64,000 nt of DNA from Octopus vulgaris (GCA_951406725.2 OX597842.1:33356001-33420000); one strand, 5' to 3'; counted from the stretch's first letter, positions 41,184 through 56,601 are shown. Translations and numbers: made by a program. The notes: generated by a model from the letters alone, not told the origin.

Positions 41184-41455
41184 TGAAGAAGAGGAGGAGG
41201 TGGAGGAAGAAGAATGAGGAAGAGAAAAAAGAAGAAGAAGAAGAAGAAGAAGAGGAAGGAGGAGGAGAAGAAGAAGAATGAGGAGGAAGAGGAGAAGGAG
41301 AAGGAGAAGAAGAAGAAGAAGAAGAAGAAGAAGAAGAAGAAGAAGGAGAAGAAGGAGAAGAAGAAGAAGAAGAAGAAGAAGAAGAAGGAGAAGAAGAAGA
41401 AGAAGAAGAAGAAGAAGAAGAAGAAGAAGAAGAAGAAGAAGAAGAAGAAGAAGAA
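40830..41455. repeat. (GAA/GAG)n polypurine tract with a 300-bp higher-order duplication
   Basis: The interrupting motif AGATGAAGAAGAGGAGG...AGAATGAGGAAGAGAAAAA occurs at about 40881 and again at about 41181. Confidence 0.9.
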
Positions 41456-41640
41456 TTATTTCTACTAAGACTCAAGGGAGTCTGAAATTTTTGGGGGTGG
41501 GAGCTGGTCGATTTCATCGACCCCCAGTGTTACACTGGTACTTATTTTATCAACCCTGAAAGGATAAAGGACAAAACTGAACTTGGTAGGATTTGAACTC
41601 AGATCAGAGAGATAAACGAAATACCGAAAAGCTAGCTACT

Positions 41641-41704
<64 letters not shown>

Positions 41705-41805
41705 AAAATCCTTTCTACTATAGGCACAAAAGGCCTGAATAATTTGGCGAAGGGAACTAGCCGATTACATCGACCCAATATGCAACTGGTATAATAATAA
41801 TAATG

Positions 41806-41862
<57 letters not shown>

Positions 41863-42018
41863 GTAATAATGATAATAATAATAATAACAATAATAATAAT
41901 AATAATGGTGATAATTTCTTAGCCAAAGGGGCATCAGATGAGAGGGGCGGTTGTCGATTATAAAGATCCTTAGTTCTTGAATAATCATAATATACAAACA
42001 ATAATAATAATAATAACA

Positions 42019-42053
<35 letters not shown>

Positions 42054-43845
42054 GTGAAGAGAAAAATCAATGTTCTAAAACAAATGGTGTTTGTGTAGCC
42101 GTATAGTTGGGGATGGGGGTGTGGGTACGAGGGGGTCGGGACTTAAGTGCGGGGGTGGGTGAAATGGTGGGTTAGTTTGGGTTTATTCTGTGGACAAGGT
42201 AGAGATGGCGGTGGCGGTGGAGGTGGTGGAGTGGAAGGTGAGCGGGTGTGGGGGTGATGGTGGTGGGGGAGACCGGTGAGTGACGTCATCAAATTCGATG
42301 GCGGGTTCACGAGAGGATGTGACTAATGGCGACAGGAGGATGGTCATAAAGATGATGATCATGATGATGATGCTAATGGTGGTTGCTGCCATGCTGCTGC
42401 TGCTGATGAGGATATTTATCGTGATGGGGATAAAGATGAGGTTGATGGTTATTATTATTATTATCATCATCATCATCATCATCATTATTATTATATTTAA
42501 GGGGATAATGGTGATGATGACATCCTTAATGATGACAGGAAAGCATTCAACTACCCATGACAAGTGTATGACTTAGCAAACAACGCACACAGCTCCTCTC
42601 TCCATCCGTTCCTCTATCATACACCTACACATTGGCCTATATAATATTTGATTTATATCATTCTACAGCATGTGTGTGTGTGTTTCTGCATGTACATGTT
42701 CGCTTAGGTATAGCGAAGTGTAAATCATTACGCGAGTGCAGAGTGTAATATGAAGTAATGAAAAGCAAGAGAACTGTAAGCACCTAACAAAATTCCTGAT
42801 GATATTCCTCTTCCATTGTTATTCATTAAATGACGTTACGTTCTCTATTCGCCTGACGATTCCTTCTAAAGCGTTCGGATGTTGAGAGGGCCAACAAGTG
42901 GTTATTAGTAGCGCTACGACTAAACGAAATCATGATAAGCATATGTGTGGGGGGAAGGGGGTTTAGTTGTGGCTGTGTGGTAAGAAGCTTGATTTCCAAC
43001 CATAGCGTTCCGGGTTCAATTCCATTGTGTATCTTCATGGGCAACTGTCTTCTACTATATTATCGGCCCGACAAAAGCCTCATGAGTTGATTTGGCAGAC
43101 GGAAACTGAAAGAAGCCCGTGGTATATAAATATATATATATATATGGGTGCTGTCTGTTTGTCCACCATCATCGCTTAACAATGTTGGTTTGTTTACATT
43201 CCCGTGATCTAGAGGTTCGGCAAAACAAAACAAAAATCGATAAACTAAATACCAGCCTTCAAAAATAACCAAGAAAAGAGTGATACGTTCTACTAAAACT
43301 TTACGAAACGGTACCCCAGCTTGGCCGCAACCGAATGACCGAAGCAAATGATATACGGAACAAATATATAACACTCCTCATACCGCGCCTCTTTTTTACC
43401 TCCCACCCGCCATCACTCCACCTTATTACGACTGAAAAGTGCCTTAGCCCATTTCAGGACCTAGAAAACACGTGAGAGTAGAGACAATCCATACTTGGCA
43501 GTCACACCATATTTCAAACCTTCACGACAAGAGACTATACCATTGCTTATAACACTACTACTACTACTACTAATAATAATAATAATAATAATAATGATAA
43601 TGGTTTCAGATTTTGCCACAAGGGCAGCTATTTTGGGGGAGGTGGGCATGAGGCGATTACATTGATCCCCAGTGTTCAGTTGGTATTTAATTTATCGACC
43701 CCCGAAACGATGAAAGGCAAAGTCGACCTCAGCGGAATTTGAACTCAGAACGTAGCGATGGGCGAACTACCACTAAGCATTTTGTCCAAGGTGCTTACGA
43801 TTCTGCCAGCTCGCCAGCTTATAATAATAATAATAATAATAATAA

Positions 43846-43884
<39 letters not shown>

Positions 43885-43952
43885 CAATAATAATAATAGC
43901 AATAATAATAATAGCAATAATAATAATAATAATAATAATGATAATAATAATC

Positions 43953-44009
<57 letters not shown>

Positions 44010-44269
44010 TAGAGAAGCACAAAGATATGTGTTCGTGAGACTGATTCTAAATATTAGCATACATATATATGAATTTGTGTATATATATATACACACGCAT
44101 ATACACATAAATACATTCACGTACATATATATACACACACATTTGCATATAATTTATATGTGTGTGTGTTCGTGTGTTTCTAAATATTAGCATATACGTA
44201 TATGAATTTGTACATAAATACACAAGCATATACATAAAGATATATATACATATATAAATGCATTCACGT

Positions 44270-44290
44270 ACATCTATATACACACACACC

Positions 44291-44324
<34 letters not shown>

Positions 44325-44392
44325 ATGTGTGTACGTATATATAAACGTACACATCGTATATATAAACGTACACATTTATATACACACACACC

Positions 44393-44439
<47 letters not shown>

Positions 44440-44500
44440 TACGTATATATAAACGTACACATCGTATATATAAACGTACACATTTATATACACACACACC

Positions 44501-44543
<43 letters not shown>

Positions 44544-44602
44544 TACGTATATATAAACGTACACATCGTATATATAAACGTACACATTTATATACACACA
44601 CC

Positions 44603-44634
<32 letters not shown>

Positions 44635-44702
44635 ATGTGTGTACGTATATATAAACGTACACATCGTATATATAAACGTACACATTTATATACACACACA
44701 CC

Positions 44703-44734
<32 letters not shown>

Positions 44735-44802
44735 ATGTGTGTACGTATATATAAACGTACACATCGTATATATAAACGTACACATTTATATACGCACACA
44801 CC

Positions 44803-44849
<47 letters not shown>

Positions 44850-45008
44850 TACGTATATATAAACGTACACATCGTATATATAAACGTACACATTTATATA
44901 CACACACACACCATATATATGTGTGTGTGTGTGTGTGTGTATGTGTGTACGTATATATAAACGTACACATCGTATATATAAACGTACACATTTATATACA
45001 CACACACC

Positions 45009-45071
<63 letters not shown>

Positions 45072-45112
45072 TATATATAAACGTACACATCGTATATATA
45101 AACGTACACATC
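44270..45112. repeat. ~100-bp compound minisatellite, 8 copies
   Basis: Constant core GTACGTATATATAAACGTACACATCGTATATATAAACGTACACATTTATATAC with variable (CA)n/(TA)n/(GT)n spacers. Confidence 0.92.
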
Positions 45113-45469
45113 GACACAAGAAGTCAACAATGGTAAGAACGATGCCAGAAGATGTAAGAACGGTGGTAAGATGGCTCCATATTGCACTGCCATTCAAATG
45201 GAAGATATTAAAGACGGTGTAAGACACGAAAATTCTTCTGTCAGAATTTGTTGCGAAAAGCATTAAGTTTAACATTATTTCTTGCGACATAACGAAACGT
45301 TTTGTCTCAGGCTTCGCGCTAATTGCCAAGAGTAATTCTTCAGAGTTCTACAGAATTTCGAGAATTGTGTGGAAAGAATTTAAAGATTAGTGAAATTGTA
45401 AAATGGCGCATAAACAATGGTAAGGACAATGATTCCTCCTCTGTGAATGTGTGTGTATATAAATGTATC

Positions 45470-45508
<39 letters not shown>

Positions 45509-45904
45509 AAGAGAAGATGTGTAGGTACGAACACATATTCGCGTACAGGACACAGATATACATAGACACACATGAACATACAGTTAGATACACTAACAAA
45601 TATATACATACATATACATTATATATATATACACACACACACACAGGCATATTATGGAATGGTCATTTCTCTTTTATTAGATCATACATACATCAGATCT
45701 AAGCATACACACACACATACACATATGCATGTGTGTAGATATATCTATATGCATCAACGTAAATATGCATTATATATATGTATATGTACAATATGTATAT
45801 GTATATATATATATATATATATAAACGGTTTGATCCGGTTCCATGCAACACAAATATTAGTAGGCTTGTTCCAAGAACCTAGCTTCTTGGGCTCATGAGT
45901 GTGT

Positions 45905-45966
<62 letters not shown>

Positions 45967-46314
45967 GGGTAGGTAAATAGGTAGATATGGTTAAGTATGG
46001 CATTGCATGTGTACACAAACAGACACACATAAGCCTACACATACCCACGTAAATAGATACAAACCAATTCATACACATACACACACACACGTAAATACAT
46101 ATATACTTTTTTTCTTTGAGACAAACATTTTCTGGAACTTTCTCAAAAACACACACATCAATCGAGTCAGAATTACAAAACTGAAAACCACAATATGTCA
46201 TACAACATACAAACAGCAGAAACACGTGTCGGGCTGAAGTTTAATGAGAATAATACAGCAATAAATATTTTTTGAAGATATACAATTCTCCCTTTATTCT
46301 ATATGATGCCTTGG

Positions 46315-46366
<52 letters not shown>

Positions 46367-46440
46367 GACGCCATGATAGATCGTTAGCTCCTACACGCAT
46401 TTTTCTCTCTCCTAGTTTTTCTCCTTTTTTTTTCTGTGTC

Positions 46441-46478
46441 CCTTTCTGTAGAAGAGCGTAGGCTCGAAACGTAAAAGG
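46441..46478 (+). ncRNA. Minimal hammerhead-like motif with CUGUAGA core, in a ~200-bp PLE-like fragment (about 46365-46570)
   Basis: CCTTT-CTGTAGA-A-GAGC GTAG GCTC-GAAAC GTA-AAAGG. Perfect helix I (CCTTT/AAAGG) and helix II, palindromic ACGT helix III. The fragment is flanked by (TA)n on both sides. Confidence 0.7.
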
Positions 46479-46565
46479 CTTTTTCTATTCCTGAGCGCTG
46501 TACTAATACATTTGTTTGTTTGTACTTCACCTGCCTTCGTCTTTTGTTTATTTTCGTAAACTTTC

Positions 46566-46603
<38 letters not shown>

Positions 46604-46916
46604 GATATATGTAAATAAAACAATGGACTCCCCCGTCGTTAAACAACGTATGAGGGTTCGACAATTTATTATCGAACAACCACACAGAAGATGCTTCGTT
46701 TATAGTGATCAAATGTTTGTGTAGAGATAAGCTCACTCCCTCCATCAGATAGACATTACCTGTACAGGTGCAACTGGGTGCCTCACGTCAGATGTCGAAA
46801 TGAAGAGCTTTGTTCCAGAATACAGGTGTAACACCCAGTCTGGCAATCGAGCCCATGCTCTCGTAATCGTGAGTGCATCAACTTAACCACCAAGCCATGC
46901 GCCTTGGCACACACAC

Positions 46917-46964
<48 letters not shown>

Positions 46965-47596
46965 GCATGTGTGTCTGTTCTCTTCCACATCCGCCTGACA
47001 ACCGGTGATGGGTTATTTACGTCTCCGTAAGAGCATTTCAGTACAAGAGGCCGATAGCTTATGTACCAAGCTTTCAACAAATAAGTTCTGCGGTGCATCT
47101 GTTCTACTACAACCCTGAAGTAGGTGCTCCAGCATGGCTGTAGCCTGAAGACAAAGATAAGTAAAACATTAAAGTTATATACATATATATAACTCTTTGT
47201 CTGTGTTTGTACCTGCAAAGCTTGCTAACCGGTATTGGTTTGTTGGTGTCCCTCTAACTTGGCAGTTCAGCATAAAGATCGGTACAAAAATACAAAAAGT
47301 TCTAGACTCTACAAAAGTCGAATACGGGGTGGTGCCACAGCATGGCCGCTGTCCAAAGACAAATAATAGATTTTATGTATGTCTATATATAATTGTATAT
47401 ATTTATACACTCGCAAAGAGATGCTACGGTATGTTTAATATAAAAGATAGTGTGTACAAAATGGAAGTCGATATTATAACAGGCGTAGATATGCTGTGAA
47501 GGAACGTGTTGTTGTGTGTAAAATGGAAACCAACTTCTCTGCTGCTGTACGTGATGTTTCTAAATTCTTTAGCTGTATACAGGACATGGAAGATAC

Positions 47597-47660
<64 letters not shown>

Positions 47661-47875
47661 GTGTGCATAATATTGTGTAAGGAACATATATATATATATA
47701 CATTGATGTGCCGGTTACTGTGTTTATGTATATGTATTATTGCGTGTGTGTGTATAAATCTGTGGAAATGATAATATATGTGTGTGAATTATATATATAT
47801 ATATATATATATACTTGTATATAATATTGTATCTATATAAACACATGTACACACTCGCGTGTAGAAAGTTATATA

Positions 47876-47931
<56 letters not shown>

Positions 47932-47975
47932 TGCGTATGTCACTGCATGTGTACGTACACACGCACACGTAAACA

Positions 47976-48025
<50 letters not shown>

Positions 48026-48556
48026 ATAGACGACCCGAAGCACAAATGCACAGGAGAAGTGCGTATACATATGCAAACACATACACACACACACACAAAC
48101 AGATACAAACCGTTTCAAACATATATATATATATATATATATACGCAAAATATATATATATATATTTTTCTTTTTTGTTAGAGACAAAAAATATCTGAAA
48201 GTACCCCCAAAAACTCACATCAATCAAAACAGAAGCACAAAAATGAAAAATGCGATACATTACACACAAACAAATACACTCACAAACACACATATTCACA
48301 GACTCAAACTCACTAACACACACACACACACACTCAGATATACATATTTTGTCAGCTATATTATCAAGTTTTTTCACTTAATTAAACACAATGTCCATAG
48401 CACGTAACATGATAATGTTGGTCGGCTATTCACACCAGTGGAAGATGTCCTCACTGGGGTTTGTGGCGATTTTTTGAAAGAGAAAAAAACAGGCTAACGG
48501 GTGTTGTGTAGGCTTGGCTGAAATGAAGGCCGCCGGATAAATAAATGAACACACAC

Positions 48557-48605
<49 letters not shown>

Positions 48606-50449
48606 AATGTTATCAATAAAAAATAAAATGGAAGAGAATGAACGGCAAGCAAATTAAGAAAGCGCGAAAAGTAAAAAAAAAATTTGCAAAGTGAATAACG
48701 TGGCCAAAAATATACGTTATCGGCAAGGAGATTGCCTATGTAGGTATAAAAGATTTGAGGCTTCTTCCTCTTAATCTTGTTCATTTTGTTGGTGGTGATG
48801 GTATTTGATGTCGGTTTTTTTTATTTTCTTGTTTTTGTACGTGATGCGATAATTCTTTTTATATATATTTTTTTGTTTTGGTGGTTGTTGTTGCTGTTTT
48901 AGTTTATTATATATTTCTTTTGTTTTGTTTTTGTGGGTTTATTATTTATTATACACTATTTATTATTATTATTATTATTATGTTTTTGCTTTTTATTATT
49001 TCGGGAAATAGAAATTTTTTACAGGAAAGAATAATGATAATAATAATAATAATAATGAATGAATGACAGTATGATAAGAAAGACAAAAGAACCATGTATC
49101 TATACGTGTATACACACACATGTGTGTATATATATATATCTATATATGTGTATATATATATCCCTTACCAATAACCGTGTCATATATATAGGCAGTAATA
49201 TTTAACCTTAATGTCGCATTACACTTTTCCTTAGCAGGTCTCGACATAAAAGTACATATAAGTATGTACATACATACACACACACACATATATAGCACAT
49301 ATATACATGTATATATATGAACACATATATATACACAATTGGATATTTATGCATACATACATAGGAATGCTTGTATATATATTTCTTTATTACCCACAAA
49401 GGGGCTAAACACAGAGGGGACAAACAAGGACAAAGTATTAAGTCGATTATATCGACCCCATTACGTAGCTGGTACTTAATTTATCGACCCCGAAAGGATG
49501 AAAGGCAAAGTCGACTTCGGCGGAATTTGAACTCAGAATGTAACGGCAGACGAAATACGGCTACGCATTTCGCCCGGCCTGCTAACGTTTCTGCCAGCTC
49601 GCATACAAAGATGCATATACACACATATGTACATTATGCTAGCACGCTTGATCGTCAACCTCCGTACGTAGCCGTCAAGACAGAGAGAAAGTGTAAAAAC
49701 AAAGAGAGGGGCAGAAAGTTTGCGGGAGAGTGACTGCTGAAAACATTACAAGAAATCTAGGTAGGGCATTAAGTCGATCCCATCGACACCCAGGTACTTA
49801 ATTCATCAACCTCGAAAGAATGAAAGGCAAAATCGACCTCGGTGGTATTTGAACTCAGAATGTAGCGACGGGCGAAATACCTATTTCTTTACTACTCACA
49901 AGGGGCTAAACACAGACAGGACAAACAAGGATAAACAAACGGATTAAGTCGATTATATCGAACCCAGGGCGTAACTGGTACTTATTTAATCAACCTCGAA
50001 AGAATGAAAGACAAAGTCGACCTCGGTGGTATTTGAACTCAGAACGTAGCGACGGGCGAAATACCGCTAAGCATTTCGCCCGGCGTGCTAACGTTTCTGC
50101 TATCTCGCCGCCTATCCTATGATATGATATAACATAATATACGACAAAATACCAGACATTGTTATTGCGGATCAGACAAGCTTTACAGAAATGACGATTT
50201 TGTGGTTGTTGCCGTTGTTATTCTTGTCCTCTCATTTAGTCTTCATATTCTTTCTTGCATTCACTCTTTCTTTTACTCCTTCATCCTTCAATTCGTTCTT
50301 CCTATCTTTTGTTTTTGTTTTTTGATCTGATTTTTGATCTATACCGAATTCAGTTGGGTTTTTTTTTTTTGATTTCCGTTATTATTGCTACCCGAGTAAA
50401 TTTTTCTTTTTTTGATAGGTACTTATCCTCATCAACTTGATTACCATTA

Positions 50450-50494
<45 letters not shown>

Positions 50495-50495
<1 letters not shown>

Positions 50496-50718
50496 GGTGA
50501 GCTGGCAGAATCGTTAGCACGTTGGACGAAAAGCTTCACGGCATTTCGTCCGTGGCTACGTTCTCAGTTCAAATTCCGGCCGAGATCGACTTTGCTTTTC
50601 ACCCTTTCGGGGTCGATGAATTAAGTAACAGCTGAAATACTGGGGGTCGATGTAGTCGACTTAATACCCTCCCCACCCAAAAAATGGCTGCCCTTGTGGC
50701 AAAAATTTGAAACCATTA
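50495..50718 (+). mobile_element. Second SINE family (tRNA-like head plus central domain resembling the Meta-SINE domain), inside (ATT)n
   Basis: TGGCAGAATCGTTAG (A-box-like), AGTTCAAATTCC (B-box-like), then GACTTTGCTTTTCACCCTTTCGGGGTCGATGAATTAAGTAAC. Reverse copies at about 4580-4680, 39135-39530, 41465-41630, 43600-43820, 49380-49600, 49770-50112. The Meta assignment is recalled similarity. Confidence 0.8.
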
Positions 50719-50989
50719 TTATTATTATTATTATTATTACATTTTTCGCTCGATTTCATGTAAACCATCACCCGATCTCCCAACCCGCCACACACACACT
50801 CACACACACACACACACATACACACACAAACATTCAGATTGGAACCATCCTTCTTAATATCAACCCCCTCATCTGATATTCCTGTGGCAAATAAATCATT
50901 GTCATCGATATCATCATCACCATCATCATCATCATTATCACTATCATCATCATATCAACGTTTTTTATTTTCCTCGCATTTCTTCATCC

Positions 50990-51035
<46 letters not shown>

Positions 51036-51366
51036 GCCATCATCATCATCATCATCATCGTTATCGTCATCATCATAATCATTATAGCCGTCATCATCAT
51101 CATTATCATCATTTTATTATTATTATAATAATTTCTATTATTTGCCGAGTTTTTTTTTTTGCGATTTCCATAAATTTTGCGGCCATTTTTTTTTTTGATA
51201 AATTTATTTTATTTTATTTTTACATTTATTCCAGAGAGTGTTTTCGTTATTGTTTTCTTAAGCATTTTTTGTTTTTTGTTTTTCTGTCTTTCTTCGAGAG
51301 GCTGGTTCGGTGTTGAACGGTTGTATTTCTACCACAATAATAATAATAATAATAATAATAATAATC

Positions 51367-51407
<41 letters not shown>

Positions 51408-51411
51408 AATG

Positions 51412-51446
<35 letters not shown>

Positions 51447-51573
51447 CATAATAATAATAATAATAATAATCATAATAATCATAATAATGAATAATAATAA
51501 TAAATAATAATAATTATTATGTTGTTGTTGCTTTTGTTATTATCGTTATTACTGTTATTATTGTTGTTGATGA

Positions 51574-51610
<37 letters not shown>

Positions 51611-52682
51611 GTTATTATTTGCAAGATCGATATTTTGGTTTGGCCAGTGTTTGAGTGTCCTACGGGAGAAGGGGACGGGGAAGGGGTGGGGGAAAACATT
51701 CAAAAATACTCTGCGTTGTAAGAATAGAAGTCAGAGATAAGCCGAGAAAGAAAGAAAAAGGAAGGATAGAAAGAAAGAAAGAAAGGAAGAAAGAAAGAAG
51801 GATATAAAGAAAAGAAAGAAGGATAGAAAAAGAAAGAAAAAGGATAGAAAAGAAAGATAGAAGGAAGAAAGAAAGAAAGAAGGAAAGAAAGAAGAAAAAA
51901 AGGCTTTATTGAAGGTTTAATGGGAAAATGTCAAGAAAGACGAGGAGAAGGAGATGAGGAGGATAAAGAATGAAATGAAGTTGAAGAATGAGATGAAGAA
52001 AAAGAGTGAGAAGAAGAAGAAGAAGAAGAAGAAGAAGAGAAATGAAGAAGAAAGAAAAGAAAAGAAGAAGAAAGAGAAGTTAGGAAGAGGAAGAAGAAGA
52101 AGAAGAAGAAGAAGTAACAGATGAGTGAGAAGTGGAAGAGGTGGAAGAATTAAAACAAGAAAAGAAAGATGCAGAAGAGGATGACGATAAACAAGACAAC
52201 AGAAAAACAGTTAGAAGAAGAAGAAGAAGAAGAAGAAGAAGAAGCGTATTAAAACGTAAAGGGAAAGCAGTAAACAGAAATAGTTAAATGCAAACAACAA
52301 CATCAACATCAACAACAACAACAAGAGGAGGCATGACAGACAGAAATTTGAAGTTTCGTGTTTTAACGATCTTCTTTTTTTTTTTAATACGAAAAACCCA
52401 CGAACGCTCACTTTTCCACCATCTTGGATTAAACAATTTACGCAGATTTCCTGCTTCTCCTCCTCATCTCACCACCACCACCACCACCACCACCACCACC
52501 ACAACAACAACAACAAATTTAAGTTCTCGTTTTCTTTCTTCATTTCCTTTCTTTCATTGTTTTTTCTCTTTAATATGATACCCTGCTTAATACAAGAGGT
52601 GGCGGTGGCGGGGGCGCGAACACACCTCGTTCCTTATAAAAGTCGTCTGTGTCTGTCTTGGTGACTTTATATGTAAACAGAG

Positions 52683-52724
<42 letters not shown>

Positions 52725-52884
52725 AGAGACAGAAGGGGGAAGAGTTAGAGAAAGAAACGGAAAGAAAGAGTTAAGATACCTCTTTTAAACGCTGTTTATG
52801 CGATTGTTGTTTTGTGGTTATTGAGCGTACACTATGTCTTTTTTTTTTACTTTTTGCTTTTCCTATTGAAATTGTTCTTATTAC

Positions 52885-52918
<34 letters not shown>

Positions 52919-52990
52919 ATTAATCTCCTTGTTGTTAGTTCACTGCTTATTTATTCATTTCTGCGCGCGCTTTTATTTGTTCCTCTTCTA

Positions 52991-53030
<40 letters not shown>

Positions 53031-53429
53031 TTGAATGATAGCTCGTGAATTTAAAGATTATATTTTGGTGCGACAAACCTTTCCCCACCATTTTAAATAT
53101 AACCTTCCCCACTCTCTCTCTCTCTCTCTCTCTTACTCTATCTCTTTCCTTCCTTGTTCAACATCTTTCTGCCTATTACTCTCTCTCCGTTTCTCTCTCT
53201 CCCCTCTCTCTCTCTCTCCCCCTCGGACAGTCTTTCAAAATCTGCATATGTGCTTCTTTCAATGTCTGCATTATTTGTCTCTATCTATCGCTGCAGTCTC
53301 TTGTGTCATCTCTCTTTCTCTCTCTTAATGTGTCTACCTATAGCTTCTATTTGTTTTCAGTTATGACACTCCGACCATGCTGGAGCACCACCTGAGAGAA
53401 TTTTTAATCGCACCAATCGACCTCTTTAA

Positions 53430-53632
53430 CTCTTTAACTTGTTTCACTCATGTGACTGTGGCCATGCTGGGGCACCGCTTTTAGTCGAGCAAATCGACAC
53501 CAGGACTTATTTTTTGTAAGCCTAGTACTTATTCTATCGGTATCTTTTGCCAAACCGCTAAGTTACGGGGACGTACACACACCAGCATCGGTTGTCAAGC
53601 GATGTTGGGGGTCAAACGTAGACACACAAACG

Positions 53633-53688
<56 letters not shown>

Positions 53689-53850
53689 CGACGGGCTTCT
53701 TTCAGTTTCCGTCTACCAAATCCACTCATAAGGCTATGGTAGGCCCGTGGCTATAGTAGAAGACATTTGGTCAAGGTGACACGTTGTGGGACTGAACCCG
53801 GAACCATGTGACTGGGAAACGGACTTCTTACCACAGATACACCAGCGCCT
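53430..53850 (-). mobile_element. Dominant SINE, full-length
   Basis: All diagnostic motifs in reverse complement. Confidence 0.88.
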
Positions 53851-54254
53851 ATTGCGTTAACCGTACTGATATCATTTTCGTCGTTGTTATCCTTACATCT
53901 ATTAATAATGTTATTATGATTGTTGTTGTTGTTTTGTTGCCCTCATTTCTTTAATTGTTGCTAATGTAACAGTTGTAGTCGTTATGTTTGTATACTTTTT
54001 GCGATATTGCTGTCGTCGGTGCTATTCTTGACACCATTGCTATATTTTGTCGTTAATACTTTTGTTATTGTCGATGTTATTGCTATTATTGTTATCGCTA
54101 ATAATGCTGTGTTTGACGTGGTAGTCGTTGTTCTTGTTGCTGTGTGCAGCTCACCAGAGTTGTTGTTGCTGTGAAAGTTGTACTGTATCTTAATCAGAAA
54201 TTAAGATAGAACCTTTCTGCTTATCACTCTATCCCTATATATGTTCATATTTGA

Positions 54255-54965
54255 CTCCCCTACGTGGTAGCTAGAGCTGCAACAAATAGCAGCCAAATCT
54301 CCCTCAAATCACACCCTACTCTCTTATCTATGTATATATGTATGTATGGGCCAATGAGGGAGACCTATACATAGTAGCTCGACCTGGTAGAAATAGCAGC
54401 CAAATCTCCCTCAAATCACACCCTACTCTCTTATCTATGTATATATGTATGTATGAGCCAATGAGGGAGACCTCTACATGGTAGCTTGGCCTGATAGAAA
54501 TAGCAGCCAAATCTCCCTCAAATCACACCCTACTCTCTTATCTATGTATATATGTATGTATGAGCCAATGAGGGAGACCTCTACATGGTAGCTAGACCTG
54601 ATAGAAATAGCAGCCAAATCTCCCTCAAATCACTTTCTACTGTATCGTGTGTCTATATTTGTGAGCCAACAAGGTCTCCCTTGTTGGCTTATACACTCAT
54701 GCATAGAACAGGAGGATGTGATTTGAGTGAGATTTGACTGTTATCTCTACACGATCTAGATAATATGTAGTGGTTTCTCTCATTGGCTCATACATACATA
54801 CATATATACATATATATATGGATAAGATAGTAGGGTATGATTTGCGGGAGATTTGGTTGTTATTTCTACCTTGTCTATCATGTAAAGGTCTCACTCATTG
54901 GCTCATACACCCATTGATATATGTAGAGAGTAGGGAGATTTGGCTGCTATTTCTATTAGGCCTAC
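54255..54965. repeat. 107-bp repeat family: about 3.5 reverse copies followed by degenerate forward copies
   Basis: AGAAATAGCAGCCAAATCTCCCTCAAATCACACCCTACTC units at 54255-54640; forward-oriented decayed units at 54715-54965. Confidence 0.9.
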
Positions 54966-55724
54966 CTACGACGTACATCCAGTTGTAGAATTCTCAAATC
55001 ATATATTTCTACCAGAACAAAAGGGGGTGTCGGTAGATAATGTGGTTTTATATTTCCTATAAATATAGGGGAAACAGGGAATTGTCACAGCTGGGTGTCC
55101 TTTGATCACAGATCCGGTCGATTAGCGCTGACCTGGGGCTAAACTATACCCTACCATAACAACTACACCCTGCCATAAAAACCAATAAGAGATACATATA
55201 AATAAATGCACACATAAACACACGGAAAAGTCACATAGACAGGCGTACGTTGCCTACGATAATACACATTCACGAATACACATATACACATATTTATATG
55301 TACAAAGGAACAGCTACACATATACACACATACACACGGAGAGGCAGGGACCTAAACCACAGGATCAACTCCGCATTCACCAGCTGATATGCACACATGT
55401 ATATACTCACACACAGTCACATACGAATGGATGTGTACACCATTCCGCCCCCACACGTGTAGAATTACCACACTCCCTCCACGAGGGAAAGACAAAAGAA
55501 AAGAAAAAACGAAACAAAAAAATTATTAAATAAATATCGTGACAAATATGGCTACTTTGCTAAACAAACTCAAACTTGCCCCTAAAAACAGACCGTGTAT
55601 ACATATATATATATATACACACGCACATATAACGTTGGAGAGAGAGAGAGATGCATATATTATATGCATCTCTCTCTCTCTCTCTCTCTCCAACGTTATA
55701 TACACATGCATAGCGGACTGCATG

Positions 55725-55797
<73 letters not shown>

Positions 55798-55876
55798 TGT
55801 GTGTGTGTGTGTGTGTATGTGTGTGTGTGTATGCGTGATTGCATGCATGCATGTATGTATGTAATCTCTATCTATC

Positions 55877-55916
<40 letters not shown>

Positions 55917-56102
55917 ATGTATGTATCTGTGTGTATGTATATGTGTGTCTGTCTTCGTACTTACATACACACACATATATACACTCATATATAAGAAACA
56001 CAACAGACAAACACACACACAGTCGCACGCACGTATATATAAAACATAAACAAGAAGGAAAACACAGCAAAAAAAATAACAGGCCAATAAAAATGAGAGG
56101 AA

Positions 56103-56137
<35 letters not shown>

Positions 56138-56566
56138 AGGAAAGGAAACCAAATCTAGCCAAAATAAATAAAAAAAATATATAAATAAAGCCTTATAAAA
56201 ACACACAAATGAGATCCCTTTACAAACAGAAAAAGGAAACAAAAACAAAAACACCAAAAAAAAAAACAGGGGACCCAAGTTATTAAACAGCAAAAAGGCG
56301 GAACAAAAATGGCGGCCAGAAGTTAATAGCCACACAGATTGTCGTAATCAAATTGCATCATGGGAAATCTCATAAAGCACGTATAAAGAGACGATGGTGT
56401 GTGTTTGTGTGTGGAGGGGTGTGGATGGGGGGGTGAGGGTGGGGGCGCCGGGGGGTTGAGATGGAGGTGTAGGTAATATGTGGAGGTGTAGTGGTGGTGG
56501 TGGTGGTGTTGGTGGTGTGGGCGGGTTGTTTGTGCGTTGAGGTTGATTGCGGGGTTTTCTGATTGC

Positions 56567-56601
<35 letters not shown>

